Shown: piece after piece, positions 1 through 9,736 of the stretch
Position numbering within the stretch: the stretch's first letter is position 1
How the letters are laid out: each line of letters begins with the position of its first letter
DNA from: Escherichia coli
GTDB lineage: Bacteria; Pseudomonadota; Gammaproteobacteria; Enterobacterales; Enterobacteriaceae
Assembly: GCF_050320075.1 (NCBI RefSeq)
Contig: NZ_CP190018.1
DNA: 64,000 nt
Strand: one strand, 5' to 3'
Made by a program: the position numbers and the translations under genes
The notes under the pieces: model-generated
Told to the model about the DNA's origin: nothing
Database searches by the model: none
What the model saw: only the letters and a program-made list of their open reading frames with translations

Positions 1-251
1 TAGAAGCGGCGCGTGTGCTGGAAAGTCTGCACGGCGCGCTGGCTGCTGATGCCGCGCTGTTAAGCACCGCAGAGCGTCAGGTCATTGACGATGCTGCCGC
101 TCACCTGAGTGAAGTGGCGCAGGGCGATGATGTTGACGCTATCGAACAAGCGATTAAAAACGTAGACAAACAAACCCAGGATTTCGCCGCTCGCCGCATG
201 GACCAGTCGGTTCGTCGTGCGCTGAAAGGCCATTCCGTGGACGAGGTTTAA
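1..251 (+). CDS. hscA: Fe-S cluster chaperone HscA, C-terminal fragment (gene begins upstream of window)
   Basis: Open frame running to TAA at 249-251; sits immediately upstream of fdx and iscX as in the enterobacterial isc operon. Confidence 0.85.
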   Translation, partial: EAARVLESLHGALAADAALLSTAERQVIDDAAAHLSEVAQGDDVDAIEQAIKNVDKQTQDFAARRMDQSVRRALKGHSVDEV

Positions 252-252
252 T

Positions 253-588
253 ATGCCAAAGATTGTTATTTTGCCTCATCAGGATCTCTGCCCTGATGGC
301 GCTGTTCTGGAAGCGAATAGTGGTGAAACCATTCTCGACGTTGCGCTGCGTAACGGTATCGAGATTGAACACGCCTGTGAAAAATCCTGTGCTTGCACCA
401 CCTGCCACTGCATCGTTCGCGAAGGTTTTGACTCGCTGCCGGAAAGCTCAGAGCAGGAAGACGACATGCTGGACAAAGCCTGGGGACTGGAGCCGGAAAG
501 CCGTTTAAGCTGCCAGGCGCGCGTTACCGACGAAGATTTAGTGGTCGAAATCCCGCGTTACACTATCAACCATGCGCGTGAGCATTAA
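253..588 (+). CDS. fdx: [2Fe-2S] ferredoxin
   Basis: 111-aa ORF with cysteine cluster [12 protein letters not shown] typical of isc-operon ferredoxin; conserved position between hscA and iscX. Confidence 0.95.
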
Positions 589-599
589 CAGAGGTTAGT

Positions 600-800
600 A
601 TGGGACTTAAGTGGACCGATAGCCGCGAAATTGGCGAAGCACTGTACGATGCGTATCCCGATCTTGATCCGAAAACGGTTCGATTCACCGATATGCATCA
701 GTGGATTTGCGATCTGGAAGATTTCGACGACGACCCGCAGGCATCCAACGAGAAAATCCTCGAAGCGATTTTGTTAGTCTGGCTGGACGAAGCCGAATAA
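600..800 (+). CDS. iscX: Fe-S assembly protein IscX
   Basis: 66-aa acidic ORF directly after fdx, matching IscX/YfhJ size and synteny. Confidence 0.9.
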
Positions 801-1044
801 TTTCCGCGTCATGCTTCACGCCGCAGATGCGTTGGCTGCGCTCGTTCACCCCAGTCACATAGTTATCTATGCTCCTGGGGCTTCACTCACTTGCCGCGTG
901 ATTCGGCCTTTTGGCCTCACCCCTTTGGGGCCAGCGCAAGCGCTGTTCAAAACGCAATGCGTTTTGTCCTGCAACGCGAATCATTTAGCGGAAAAATCCT
1001 GGGGCTGCCAACTGGCGGCCCTTTTACAAAGAAGGATAACTAAA

Positions 1045-2328
1045 ATGACAGAAGCGATGAAGATTACCCTCTCTACCCAACCTGCCGACGCGCGCTGGGG
1101 AGAAAAAGCGACTTACAGCATTAATAATGATGGCATTACCCTGCATTTGAACGGGGCAGACGATCTGGGGCTGATCCAGCGTGCGGCGCGCAAGATTGAC
1201 GGTCTGGGCATCAAGCATGTTCAGTTAAGCGGTGAAGACTGGGATGCGGATCGCTGCTGGGCATTCTGGCAAGGTTACAAAGCCCCGAAAGGCACACGTA
1301 AAGTGGAGTGGCCGGATCTGGACGATGCCCAACGGCAGGAACTGGATAACCGCCTGATGATCATCGACTGGGTGCGTGACACCATCAACGCACCGGCGGA
1401 AGAACTGGGGCCATCGCAACTGGCACAGCGTGCTGTTGATCTGATCAGCAATGTCGCGGGCGATCGTGTGACTTACCGGATCACCAAAGGCGAAGATCTG
1501 CGTGATCAAGGTTATATGGGGCTGCACACGGTCGGACGCGGTTCAGAACGTTCTCCGGTATTGCTGGCGCTGGATTACAACCCGACTGGCGATAAAGAAG
1601 CGCCAGTGTACGCGTGCCTGGTTGGTAAAGGCATCACCTTTGATTCCGGCGGCTACAGTATCAAACAGACCGCATTTATGGACTCGATGAAGTCGGACAT
1701 GGGCGGCGCGGCAACGGTTACCGGGGCGCTGGCGTTTGCCATTACGCGCGGACTGAACAAGCGCGTGAAGCTGTTCCTCTGCTGTGCGGATAACCTGATC
1801 AGCGGCAACGCGTTCAAACTGGGCGATATTATTACCTATCGCAACGGTAAAAAAGTTGAAGTGATGAACACTGATGCGGAAGGGCGTCTGGTGCTGGCCG
1901 ATGGCCTGATTGATGCCAGTGCGCAGAAACCGGAACTGATCATTGATGCGGCGACCCTCACCGGGGCGGCGAAAACTGCGCTGGGTAATGATTATCACGC
2001 GCTGTTCAGTTTTGACGATGCGCTTGCCGGTCGCTTGCTGGCGAGTGCCGCGCAGGAGAATGAACCGTTCTGGCGTCTGCCGCTGGCGGAGTTCCACCGC
2101 AGCCAGCTGCCGTCTAACTTTGCCGAACTGAACAATACCGGAAGCGCGGCGTACCCGGCAGGCGCGAGCACGGCGGCGGGCTTCCTGTCGCACTTTGTTG
2201 AGAACTATCAGCAAGGCTGGCTGCATATCGACTGCTCGGCGACTTACCGTAAAGCGCCGGTTGAACAGTGGTCTGCGGGTGCTACGGGACTTGGTGTGCG
2301 CACGATTGCTAATCTGTTAACGGCGTAA
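1045..2328 (+). CDS. pepB: aminopeptidase B (M17 leucyl aminopeptidase family)
   Basis: ORF 811-2328; start placed at ATG 1045 preceded by AAGGA; M17 motif NTDAEGRL present; 427 aa. Confidence 0.9.
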
Positions 2329-2336
2329 TCGTCTTA

Positions 2337-2420
2337 TTTGGCCTACAAAATTGCGAAAATCCAATAGATTGAGATTCCCTTGTAGGCCTGATAAGCGTAG
2401 CGCATCAGGCACTTGTGCCC
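2337..2420. repeat. REP-like extragenic palindromic element
   Basis: Imperfect palindromes ggcctacaa...cttgtaggcc and gcctgataagcgtagcgcatcaggc in the pepB-sseB gap, typical of enterobacterial REP units. Confidence 0.5.
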
Positions 2421-2446
2421 CGAACGTTGAATGAATTGTGGTTCTT

Positions 2447-3223
2447 ATGTCCGAAACAAAAAACGAACTTGAAGATCTGCTGGAAAAAGCAGCAACCGAA
2501 CCGGCGCACCGCCCGGCCTTTTTCCGTACTCTACTGGAATCCACCGTCTGGGTGCCGGGTACGGCGGCGCAGGGCGAGGCTGTGGTTGAAGATAGCGCGC
2601 TTGATTTACAGCACTGGGAAAAAGAAGACGGCACCAGCGTCATTCCTTTTTTTACCTCGTTAGAAGCACTTCAACAGGCGGTTGAAGACGAACAGGCATT
2701 TGTCGTAATGCCCGTTCGCACATTGTTTGAGATGACCCTTGGCGAAACGCTCTTCCTTAATGCCAAACTGCCAACCGGTAAAGAATTTATGCCGCGTGAA
2801 ATCAGTTTGTTGATTGGTGAAGAAGGAAATCCGCTGAGCAGCCAGGAAGTACTGGAGGGCGGTGAATCGCTGATATTATCGGAAGTCGCAGAGCCGCCAG
2901 CACAAATGATTGATTCACTCACCACCTTATTTAAAACTATTAAGCCGGTGAAGCGTGCTTTTATTTGTTCAATTAAAGAGAACGAAGAGGCACAGCCTAA
3001 TTTACTTATTGGCATTGAAGCCGATGGTGATATCGAAGAAATTATTCAGGCGGCGGGAAGTGTAGCGACCGATACATTACCTGGCGATGAACCCATCGAT
3101 ATTTGTCAGGTGAAAAAAGGGGAAAAAGGAATTAGCCACTTTATTACCGAACATATTGTGCCATTCTATGAACGTCGCTGGGGTGGTTTTTTGCGTGACT
3201 TTAAACAGAACCGGATAATCTAA
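2447..3223 (+). CDS. sseB: SseB protein (enhances serine sensitivity)
   Basis: ORF 2438-3223; ATG at 2447 gives 258 aa beginning MSETKNELEDLLEKAA; synteny next to pepB and sseA. Confidence 0.85.
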   Translation: MSETKNELEDLLEKAATEPAHRPAFFRTLLESTVWVPGTAAQGEAVVEDSALDLQHWEKEDGTSVIPFFTSLEALQQAVEDEQAFVVMPVRTLFEMTLGETLFLNAKLPTGKEFMPREISLLIGEEGNPLSSQEVLEGGESLILSEVAEPPAQMIDSLTTLFKTIKPVKRAFICSIKENEEAQPNLLIGIEADGDIEEIIQAAGSVATDTLPGDEPIDICQVKKGEKGISHFITEHIVPFYERRWGGFLRDFKQNRII

Positions 3224-3299
3224 AATATGCCGCCCTAAAGGGCGGCATTCGGGCTTACTTGCTGCTCTGAAGGTTGTTAACCACCAGTAAATTGTTGCC

Positions 3300-3660
3300 G
3301 GAGAGACTCCGGTTATTATTTACCTCGGTTAACAGCGCACCAGAAACAATAAGTACGATACAAAAGCACCGTATCTTCATTGTGCGGTCCATGCGAAGAC
3401 CGCATCACGACAGCACCACTGGCGATATTGCCGCGATAGCAAGCACTGTGGGGTGTCTGCATTTACGGTCATGGAACATCCTTTCCTAAAGCCAGCGCCC
3501 GTTTGCGAGACGGCGAAAAGGGCCGTCACGAATAATACTCTCATGTTTGAATAATTACTCTGTTTATTATCTTGACATAGCCAGGCATAAAAGAGAGTAT
3601 TTCAACACTGTGGGGTGCCTGCGTTGCTCCAGCAACACAAGTCAACCAGCTGGAAAGGCC
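3300..3660. ncRNA. candidate small RNA locus in the sseB-sseA intergenic region (ryfA-like position); strand and ends uncertain
   Basis: 500-bp non-coding gap with a TTGACA box near 3572, an internal 18-bp repeat (about 3445 and 3606) and a flanking bidirectional terminator; ryfA is recalled to lie between sseA and sseB in K-12. Confidence 0.3.
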
Positions 3661-3667
3661 GCGAACC

Positions 3668-3708
3668 AGACCAGCAATAAAAAACCGCCAAATTCGGCGG
3701 TTTTTTAT
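3668..3708. terminator. bidirectional intrinsic terminator downstream of sseA
   Basis: Hairpin aaccgccaaattcggcggtt flanked by an A-run on one side and a T-run on the other. Confidence 0.6.
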
Positions 3709-3722
3709 TGCCTGTAAAAAGC

Positions 3723-4568
3723 TTATTTCAATGGCTCAACCGGTAAATCTGCCCGTGCGCCCCATTCACTCCATGCGCCGTCGTACAGTTTCACGTTTGG
3801 CACATCCAGCGTCGCGAGTGCCAACAAAACCACGGCTGCCGTTACACCAGAACCGCAACTGACGATAATAGGTTTGTCATAACTTACGCCGCGACCAAAA
3901 AATATCGCATCCAGTTCATCGGTCGTTTTTAGTTCGCCTTCACGTACCAGTTCTGTCCACGGAACGTTAAACGCGCCGGGAATATGTCCGCGACGTAAAC
4001 CTGGGCGAGGTTCATCAACTTCTGCGTTAAAACGTGCAGCCGGGCGGGCATCAATAATTTGCGCCGTATTTTCATGGCTTGCCAATAACACATCGGTGAC
4101 TTTCACCACGGCTTCAGGATTAAACGTGGCGTTAAACTCTCCTTCCGGCAGCTCTACTGCACCTTCTTCTAACAGCAGATCATCGCGCTGCCAGCCTGCA
4201 AGTCCACCCCCCAGAATCGACACTTTCTCTACACCAAAGGTGCGCAGCATCCACCATGCTCGTGGGGCTGAGAAAAGATTACCTTCGTCATAGACAATCA
4301 GGTGCTTATCCTGGTTAACGCCTAACTCACGCATCGCCACGGCGAACGTTTCCGGGCGCGGCAGCATGTGCGGAAGCGGGGAAGTGTGATCAGAAAGCGC
4401 TTCGATATCAAAAAACACTGCGCCGGGAATATGTCCATTCAGATACTCCTGAGCAACGTTACGATCTTCCTGTCCAGGCGACGCCATGCGGGCATCGATA
4501 ATCTGAATTTCCGGGTCATCAATATGTTCGGCGAGCCAGTCGGCTCCTACAAACCATGTCGTGGACAT
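3723..4568 (-). CDS. sseA: 3-mercaptopyruvate sulfurtransferase (rhodanese family)
   Basis: ORF 3723-4727 on minus strand; start placed at the ATG giving MSTTWFVGADW (281 aa); tandem rhodanese domains with active-site CGSGVTA. Confidence 0.9.
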   Translation of the reverse strand: MSTTWFVGADWLAEHIDDPEIQIIDARMASPGQEDRNVAQEYLNGHIPGAVFFDIEALSDHTSPLPHMLPRPETFAVAMRELGVNQDKHLIVYDEGNLFSAPRAWWMLRTFGVEKVSILGGGLAGWQRDDLLLEEGAVELPEGEFNATFNPEAVVKVTDVLLASHENTAQIIDARPAARFNAEVDEPRPGLRRGHIPGAFNVPWTELVREGELKTTDELDAIFFGRGVSYDKPIIVSCGSGVTAAVVLLALATLDVPNVKLYDGAWSEWGARADLPVEPLK

Positions 4569-4774
4569 AGGCATCTCCATTTTTGCCGGGGTTAGGCTAA
4601 ATTGTCGGATGTTTAGTGAAATGCAACAAGCAAAAGAGGCTGATTTGGCTGTCTGAGCCACAATTCTCACTAAAATTCGGATTGTATGGGCGTGATACTG
4701 AATTACATAACGTAAATTCTCACGCATAATAATTATTCGACGTTGCTAACGGGCCATTGTGGCAGGGATGAAAA

Positions 4775-7700
4775 ATGAAAAAGTTACGCGTAGCCGCCTG
4801 CATGCTAATGCTGGCGCTGGCAGGGTGCGACAACAACGATAACGCGCCAACAGCGGTGAAAAAAGATGCGCCTTCTGAAGTTACTAAAGCGGCCTCTTCA
4901 GAAAACGTGAGTTCAGCAAAACTTTCCGCGCCGGAGCGACAAAAACTGGCCCAACAGAGTGCCGGTAAGGCGCTGACATTGCTGGATCTCTCTGAAGTTC
5001 AACTTGATGGCGCAGCCACGCTGGTGCTGACGTTCTCCATTCCTCTCGACCCGGATCAGGATTTCTCACGCGTTATCCATGTCGTCGATAAGAAAAGCGG
5101 CAAAGTGGATGGTGCCTGGGAGCTGTCAGATAATCTTAAAGAGTTGCGTTTACGCCACCTCGAACCGAAACGTGATTTGATCGTCACTATTGGCAAGGAG
5201 GTCAAAGCACTCAACAACGCAACCTTCAGTAAAGATTACGAAAAAACTATAACTACCCGCGATATCCAACCCAGCGTCGGTTTTGCCAGCCGTGGTTCGT
5301 TGTTACCTGGTAAAGTTATTGAAGGGCTGCCGGTAATGGCGCTCAACGTTAACAATGTTGATGTTAACTTCTTCCGTGTGAAGCCCGAATCTCTGCCTGC
5401 ATTCATTAGCCAATGGGAATACCGCAATTCGCTGGCGAACTGGCAGTCTGAAAAACTGCTGCAGATGGCGGATCTGGTTTATACCGGACGGTTTGATCTC
5501 AATCCTGCGCGTAACACCCGTGAAAAATTATTGCTGCCGCTGGGTGATATCAAACCGCTTCAGCAGGCAGGCGTGTATCTGGCTGTGATGAATCAGGCTG
5601 GACGTTACGATTACAGTAATCCCGCGACGCTGTTTACGTTAAGTGATATCGGCGTTTCAGCTCACCGTTATCACAATCGTCTGGATATCTTTACCCAAAG
5701 TCTGGAAAACGGCGCGGCCCAGCAAGGAATACAAGTCTCTTTATTAAATGAGAAAGGGCAGACTCTGACTCAGGCAACCAGTGATGCTCAGGGGCATGTG
5801 CAGCTGGAAAATGATAAAAACGCGGCATTACTGCTGGCGCGTAAAGACGGTCAGACAACGCTACTCGATTTAAAACTTCCGGCGCTGGACTTAGCAGAAT
5901 TTAACATTGCTGGCGCGCCAGGCTATAGCAAACAGTTTTTCATGTTTGGCCCGCGCGATCTTTATCGCCCTGGTGAAACAGTCATCCTCAATGGTTTATT
6001 GCGTGATGCAGATGGAAAAGCATTGCCCGATCAACCCATCAAGTTAGACGTGATTAAACCCGACGGGCAGGTACTCAGGAGCGTCGTTAGTCAGCCGGAG
6101 AATGGCCTCTACCACTTTACCTGGCCACTCGATAGCAATGCGGCAACCGGTATGTGGCATATTCGCGCTAACACGGGCGATAACCAGTACCGGATGTGGG
6201 ATTTCCACGTCGAAGATTTTATGCCAGAGCGCATGGCGCTGAATCTGACTGGTGAGAAAACCCCGCTAACGCCGAAAGATGAAGTGAGATTTTCCGTGGT
6301 GGGGTACTACCTGTATGGTGCGCCTGCTAATGGTAATACTTTGCAAGGGCAACTTTTCCTGCGCCCACTGCGTGAAGCTGTGTCAGCCTTACCTGGTTTC
6401 GAATTCGGCGATATAGCTGCCGAAAATCTTTCCCGCACGCTGGATGAAGTTCAGTTGACGCTGGATGATAAAGGGCGTGGCGAAGTTTCTACAGAAAGCC
6501 AGTGGAAGGAAACGCATTCCCCATTACAGGTTATTTTCCAGGGTAGTTTGTTGGAATCGGGCGGTCGCCCGGTGACGCGCCGCGCTGAGCAGGCTATCTG
6601 GCCTGCCGATGCATTGCCGGGGATCCGTCCGCAGTTCGCCTCGAAATCGGTTTACGATTATCGCACTGACAGCACGGTGAAACAGCCCATTGTTGATGAA
6701 GGCAGTAACGCCGCTTTTGACATCGTTTATAGCGATGCGCAAGGCGTGAAAAAAGCCGTGTCGGGCTTGCAGGTGCGCCTGATTCGCGAACGCCGCGATT
6801 ACTACTGGAACTGGTCAGAAGATGAAGGCTGGCAATCACAGTTTGATCAAAAAGATCTGATTGAAAATGAACAAACTCTGGATCTGAAAGCGGACGAAAC
6901 CGGCAAGGTCAGTTTCCCGGTAGAGTGGGGCGCTTATCGTCTGGAAGTCAAAGCGCCGAATGAAGCGGTCAGTAGTGTGCGTTTCTGGGCTGGCTATAGC
7001 TGGCAGGACAACAGCGACGGGAGCGGCGCAGTGCGTCCGGACCGTGTCACGCTGAAACTGGATAAAGCCAGTTATCGCCCTGGCGACACCATTAAGTTGC
7101 ATATCGCCGCGCCAACGGCGGGTAAAGGTTATGCGATGGTCGAGTCCAGTGAAGGGCCGCTGTGGTGGCAAGAGATTGATGTTCCGGCTCAAGGGCTGGA
7201 TCTGACGATTCCGGTCGATAAAACCTGGAATCGTCATGATCTGTATTTAAGTACGCTGGTGGTACGTCCTGGCGATAAATCTCGCTCTGCGACGCCAAAA
7301 CGCGCAGTTGGGGTGTTGCATCTGCCGCTTGGCGATGAAAACCGTCGTCTCGATCTGGCGCTGGAAACCCCCACCAAAATGCGCCCCAATCAGCCATTAA
7401 CCGTGAAAATTAAAGCCAGCAATAAAAATGGTGAGATGCCAAAACAGGTGAATGTGCTGGTGTCTGCCGTTGATAGCGGTGTGCTGAATATTACTGATTA
7501 CGTTACCCCCGATCCGTGGCAGGCGTTCTTTGGTCAGAAACGCTATGGTGCAGACATTTACGATATTTACGGTCAGGTCATTGAAGGTCAGGGGCGTCTG
7601 GCAGCTCTGCGTTTTGGTGGCGATGGTGATGAGCTGAAACGTGGTGGTAAACCGCCGGTCAATCACGTCAATATTGTCGCGCAGCAGGCGCTGCCGGTAA

Positions 7701-9736
7701 CGCTCAACGAACAGGGCGAAGGCTCGGTTACACTGCCGATTGGCGATTTTAACGGTGAACTACGCGTCATGGCGCAAGCCTGGACGGCAGATGACTTCGG
7801 TAGCAACGAAAGCAAAGTGATAGTTGCCGCACCGGTGATTGCTGAACTGAACATGCCGCGCTTTATGGCGAGTGGCGATACCTCGCGTCTGACGCTGGAT
7901 ATCACTAATCTTACCGATAAACCGCAAAAACTGAACGTTGCCCTGACCGCCAGTGGTTTGCTTGAACTGGTCAGCGTTTCACCCGCAGCCGTTGAATTAG
8001 CGCCAGGTGTGCGTACTACGCTGTTTATCCCGGTGCGAGCATTGCCGGGTTATGGCGATGGAGAAATTCAGGCCACCATTAGCGGGTTAGCGTTACCGGG
8101 TGAAACCGTTGCCGATCAGCATAAGCAGTGGAAAATCGGCGTCCGTCCGGCGTTCCCGGCACAAACGGTTAATTACGGTACGGCGTTGCAGCCTGGTGAG
8201 ACATGGGCGATTCCGGCGGATGGATTGCAAAACTTCTCGCCTGTTACACTGGAAGGGCAATTGTTGTTGAGCGGCAAACCACCGCTGAACATCGCACGTT
8301 ATATCAAAGAGTTAAAAGCGTATCCGTACGGCTGTCTTGAGCAAACCGCCAGCGGCTTGTTCCCGTCACTTTATACCAACGCAGCCCAACTGCAGGCGTT
8401 GGGCATCAAAGGCGACAGTGATGAGAAACGCCGTGCATCGGTCGATATCGGCGTTTCCCGTTTGCTGCAAATGCAACGTGATAACGGCGGCTTTGCGCTG
8501 TGGGATAAAAACGGTGACGAAGAGTACTGGCTGACGGCTTACGTGATGGATTTCCTGGTCCGCGCAGGTGAGCAGGGGTACAGCGTGCCGACAGACGTCA
8601 TTAACCGGGGAAATGAGCGTCTGCTGCGCTATTTACAAGATCCGGGCATGATGTCGATCCCGTACGCGGATAATCTCAAAGCCAGTAAATTCGCCGTACA
8701 GTCTTACGCTGCGCTGGTGCTGGCCCGTCAGCAAAAAGCACCACTGGGTGCGCTGCGTGAAATCTGGGAGCATCGTGCAGATGCCGCTTCTGGTTTACCG
8801 CTGCTGCAACTTGGCGTTGCGCTGAAAACCATGGGTGATGCGACGCGTGGTGAAGAAGCAATTGCGTTGGCGCTGAAAACGCCGCGTAATAGTGATGAGC
8901 GGATATGGCTGGGTGATTACGGTAGTCCACTGCGCGACAACGCGTTGATGCTCTCCTTGCTGGAAGAAAATAAACTGCTACCCGATGAGCAGAACACTTT
9001 GCTGAACACGCTTTCGCAGCAGGCATTTGGTGAACGCTGGCTATCGACCCAGGAAAGTAACGCGTTGTTCCTGGCTGCCCGTACAATTCAGGATTTACCG
9101 GGTAAATGGCAGGCGCAAACCTCTTTCTCAGCTGAGCCGCTGACAGGCGAGAAAACGCTAAACAGCAATCTGAATAGCGATCAACTTGCCACCTTGCAGG
9201 TGACCAACAGTGGCGATCAGCCGTTATGGCTGCGTGTGGATGCCAGCGGTTATCCGCAATCCGCACCTTTACCGGCGAACAATGTGCTGCAAATCGAGCG
9301 TCATATTCTTGGTACTGATGGTCAGAGTAAATCGCTGGACTCGTTACGTAGCGGCGATCTGGTGCTGGTCTGGTTGCAGGTAAAAGCCAGTAACAGCGTG
9401 CCGGATGCGTTAGTCGTGGATCTGCTGCCTGCGGGTCTGGAACTGGAAAACCAGAATCTGGCGAACGGTAGCGCCAGCCTGGAGCAAAGTGGTGGCGAAG
9501 TGCAGAACTTACTGAACCAGATGCAGCAGGCGAGCATTAAGCACATTGAGTTCCGTGATGATCGCTTTGTGGCGGCGGTTGCCGTTGATGAATACCAACC
9601 GGTAACGCTGGTGTATCTGGCGCGGGCGGTGACGCCGGGAACGTATCAGGTACCGCAACCGATGGTGGAATCAATGTATGTTCCCCAATGGCGGGCGACT
9701 GGCGCGGCTGAAGATCTGCTGATTGTCAGACCGTAA
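4775..9736 (+). CDS. yfhM: alpha-2-macroglobulin family lipoprotein
   Basis: 1653-aa ORF with lipoprotein signal and lipobox LALAGC; size and position upstream of pbpC as in E. coli. Confidence 0.9.
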   Translation: MKKLRVAACMLMLALAGCDNNDNAPTAVKKDAPSEVTKAASSENVSSAKLSAPERQKLAQQSAGKALTLLDLSEVQLDGAATLVLTFSIPLDPDQDFSRVIHVVDKKSGKVDGAWELSDNLKELRLRHLEPKRDLIVTIGKEVKALNNATFSKDYEKTITTRDIQPSVGFASRGSLLPGKVIEGLPVMALNVNNVDVNFFRVKPESLPAFISQWEYRNSLANWQSEKLLQMADLVYTGRFDLNPARNTREKLLLPLGDIKPLQQAGVYLAVMNQAGRYDYSNPATLFTLSDIGVSAHRYHNRLDIFTQSLENGAAQQGIQVSLLNEKGQTLTQATSDAQGHVQLENDKNAALLLARKDGQTTLLDLKLPALDLAEFNIAGAPGYSKQFFMFGPRDLYRPGETVILNGLLRDADGKALPDQPIKLDVIKPDGQVLRSVVSQPENGLYHFTWPLDSNAATGMWHIRANTGDNQYRMWDFHVEDFMPERMALNLTGEKTPLTPKDEVRFSVVGYYLYGAPANGNTLQGQLFLRPLREAVSALPGFEFGDIAAENLSRTLDEVQLTLDDKGRGEVSTESQWKETHSPLQVIFQGSLLESGGRPVTRRAEQAIWPADALPGIRPQFASKSVYDYRTDSTVKQPIVDEGSNAAFDIVYSDAQGVKKAVSGLQVRLIRERRDYYWNWSEDEGWQSQFDQKDLIENEQTLDLKADETGKVSFPVEWGAYRLEVKAPNEAVSSVRFWAGYSWQDNSDGSGAVRPDRVTLKLDKASYRPGDTIKLHIAAPTAGKGYAMVESSEGPLWWQEIDVPAQGLDLTIPVDKTWNRHDLYLSTLVVRPGDKSRSATPKRAVGVLHLPLGDENRRLDLALETPTKMRPNQPLTVKIKASNKNGEMPKQVNVLVSAVDSGVLNITDYVTPDPWQAFFGQKRYGADIYDIYGQVIEGQGRLAALRFGGDGDELKRGGKPPVNHVNIVAQQALPVTLNEQGEGSVTLPIGDFNGELRVMAQAWTADDFGSNESKVIVAAPVIAELNMPRFMASGDTSRLTLDITNLTDKPQKLNVALTASGLLELVSVSPAAVELAPGVRTTLFIPVRALPGYGDGEIQATISGLALPGETVADQHKQWKIGVRPAFPAQTVNYGTALQPGETWAIPADGLQNFSPVTLEGQLLLSGKPPLNIARYIKELKAYPYGCLEQTASGLFPSLYTNAAQLQALGIKGDSDEKRRASVDIGVSRLLQMQRDNGGFALWDKNGDEEYWLTAYVMDFLVRAGEQGYSVPTDVINRGNERLLRYLQDPGMMSIPYADNLKASKFAVQSYAALVLARQQKAPLGALREIWEHRADAASGLPLLQLGVALKTMGDATRGEEAIALALKTPRNSDERIWLGDYGSPLRDNALMLSLLEENKLLPDEQNTLLNTLSQQAFGERWLSTQESNALFLAARTIQDLPGKWQAQTSFSAEPLTGEKTLNSNLNSDQLATLQVTNSGDQPLWLRVDASGYPQSAPLPANNVLQIERHILGTDGQSKSLDSLRSGDLVLVWLQVKASNSVPDALVVDLLPAGLELENQNLANGSASLEQSGGEVQNLLNQMQQASIKHIEFRDDRFVAAVAVDEYQPVTLVYLARAVTPGTYQVPQPMVESMYVPQWRATGAAEDLLIVRP

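Noticed and set aside
811-1044. N-terminal extension of the pepB ORF in the track (start at 811)
   Set aside because: No ribosome-binding site there, and the extension is not part of known PepB; ATG 1045 with AAGGA upstream gives the expected 427-aa product.
1543-2226. 227-aa minus-strand ORF inside pepB
   Set aside because: Antisense shadow ORF entirely within a well-supported conserved gene; Arg-rich composition typical of GC-rich antisense frames.
3274-3489. 71-aa plus-strand ORF in the sseB-sseA gap
   Set aside because: No ribosome-binding site; lies in a region better explained as non-coding RNA or regulatory DNA.
4775-9736. Very large secreted protein considered as possible phage or toxin cargo
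   Set aside because: It is the conserved chromosomal alpha-2-macroglobulin lipoprotein yfhM, co-located with pbpC as in E. coli.
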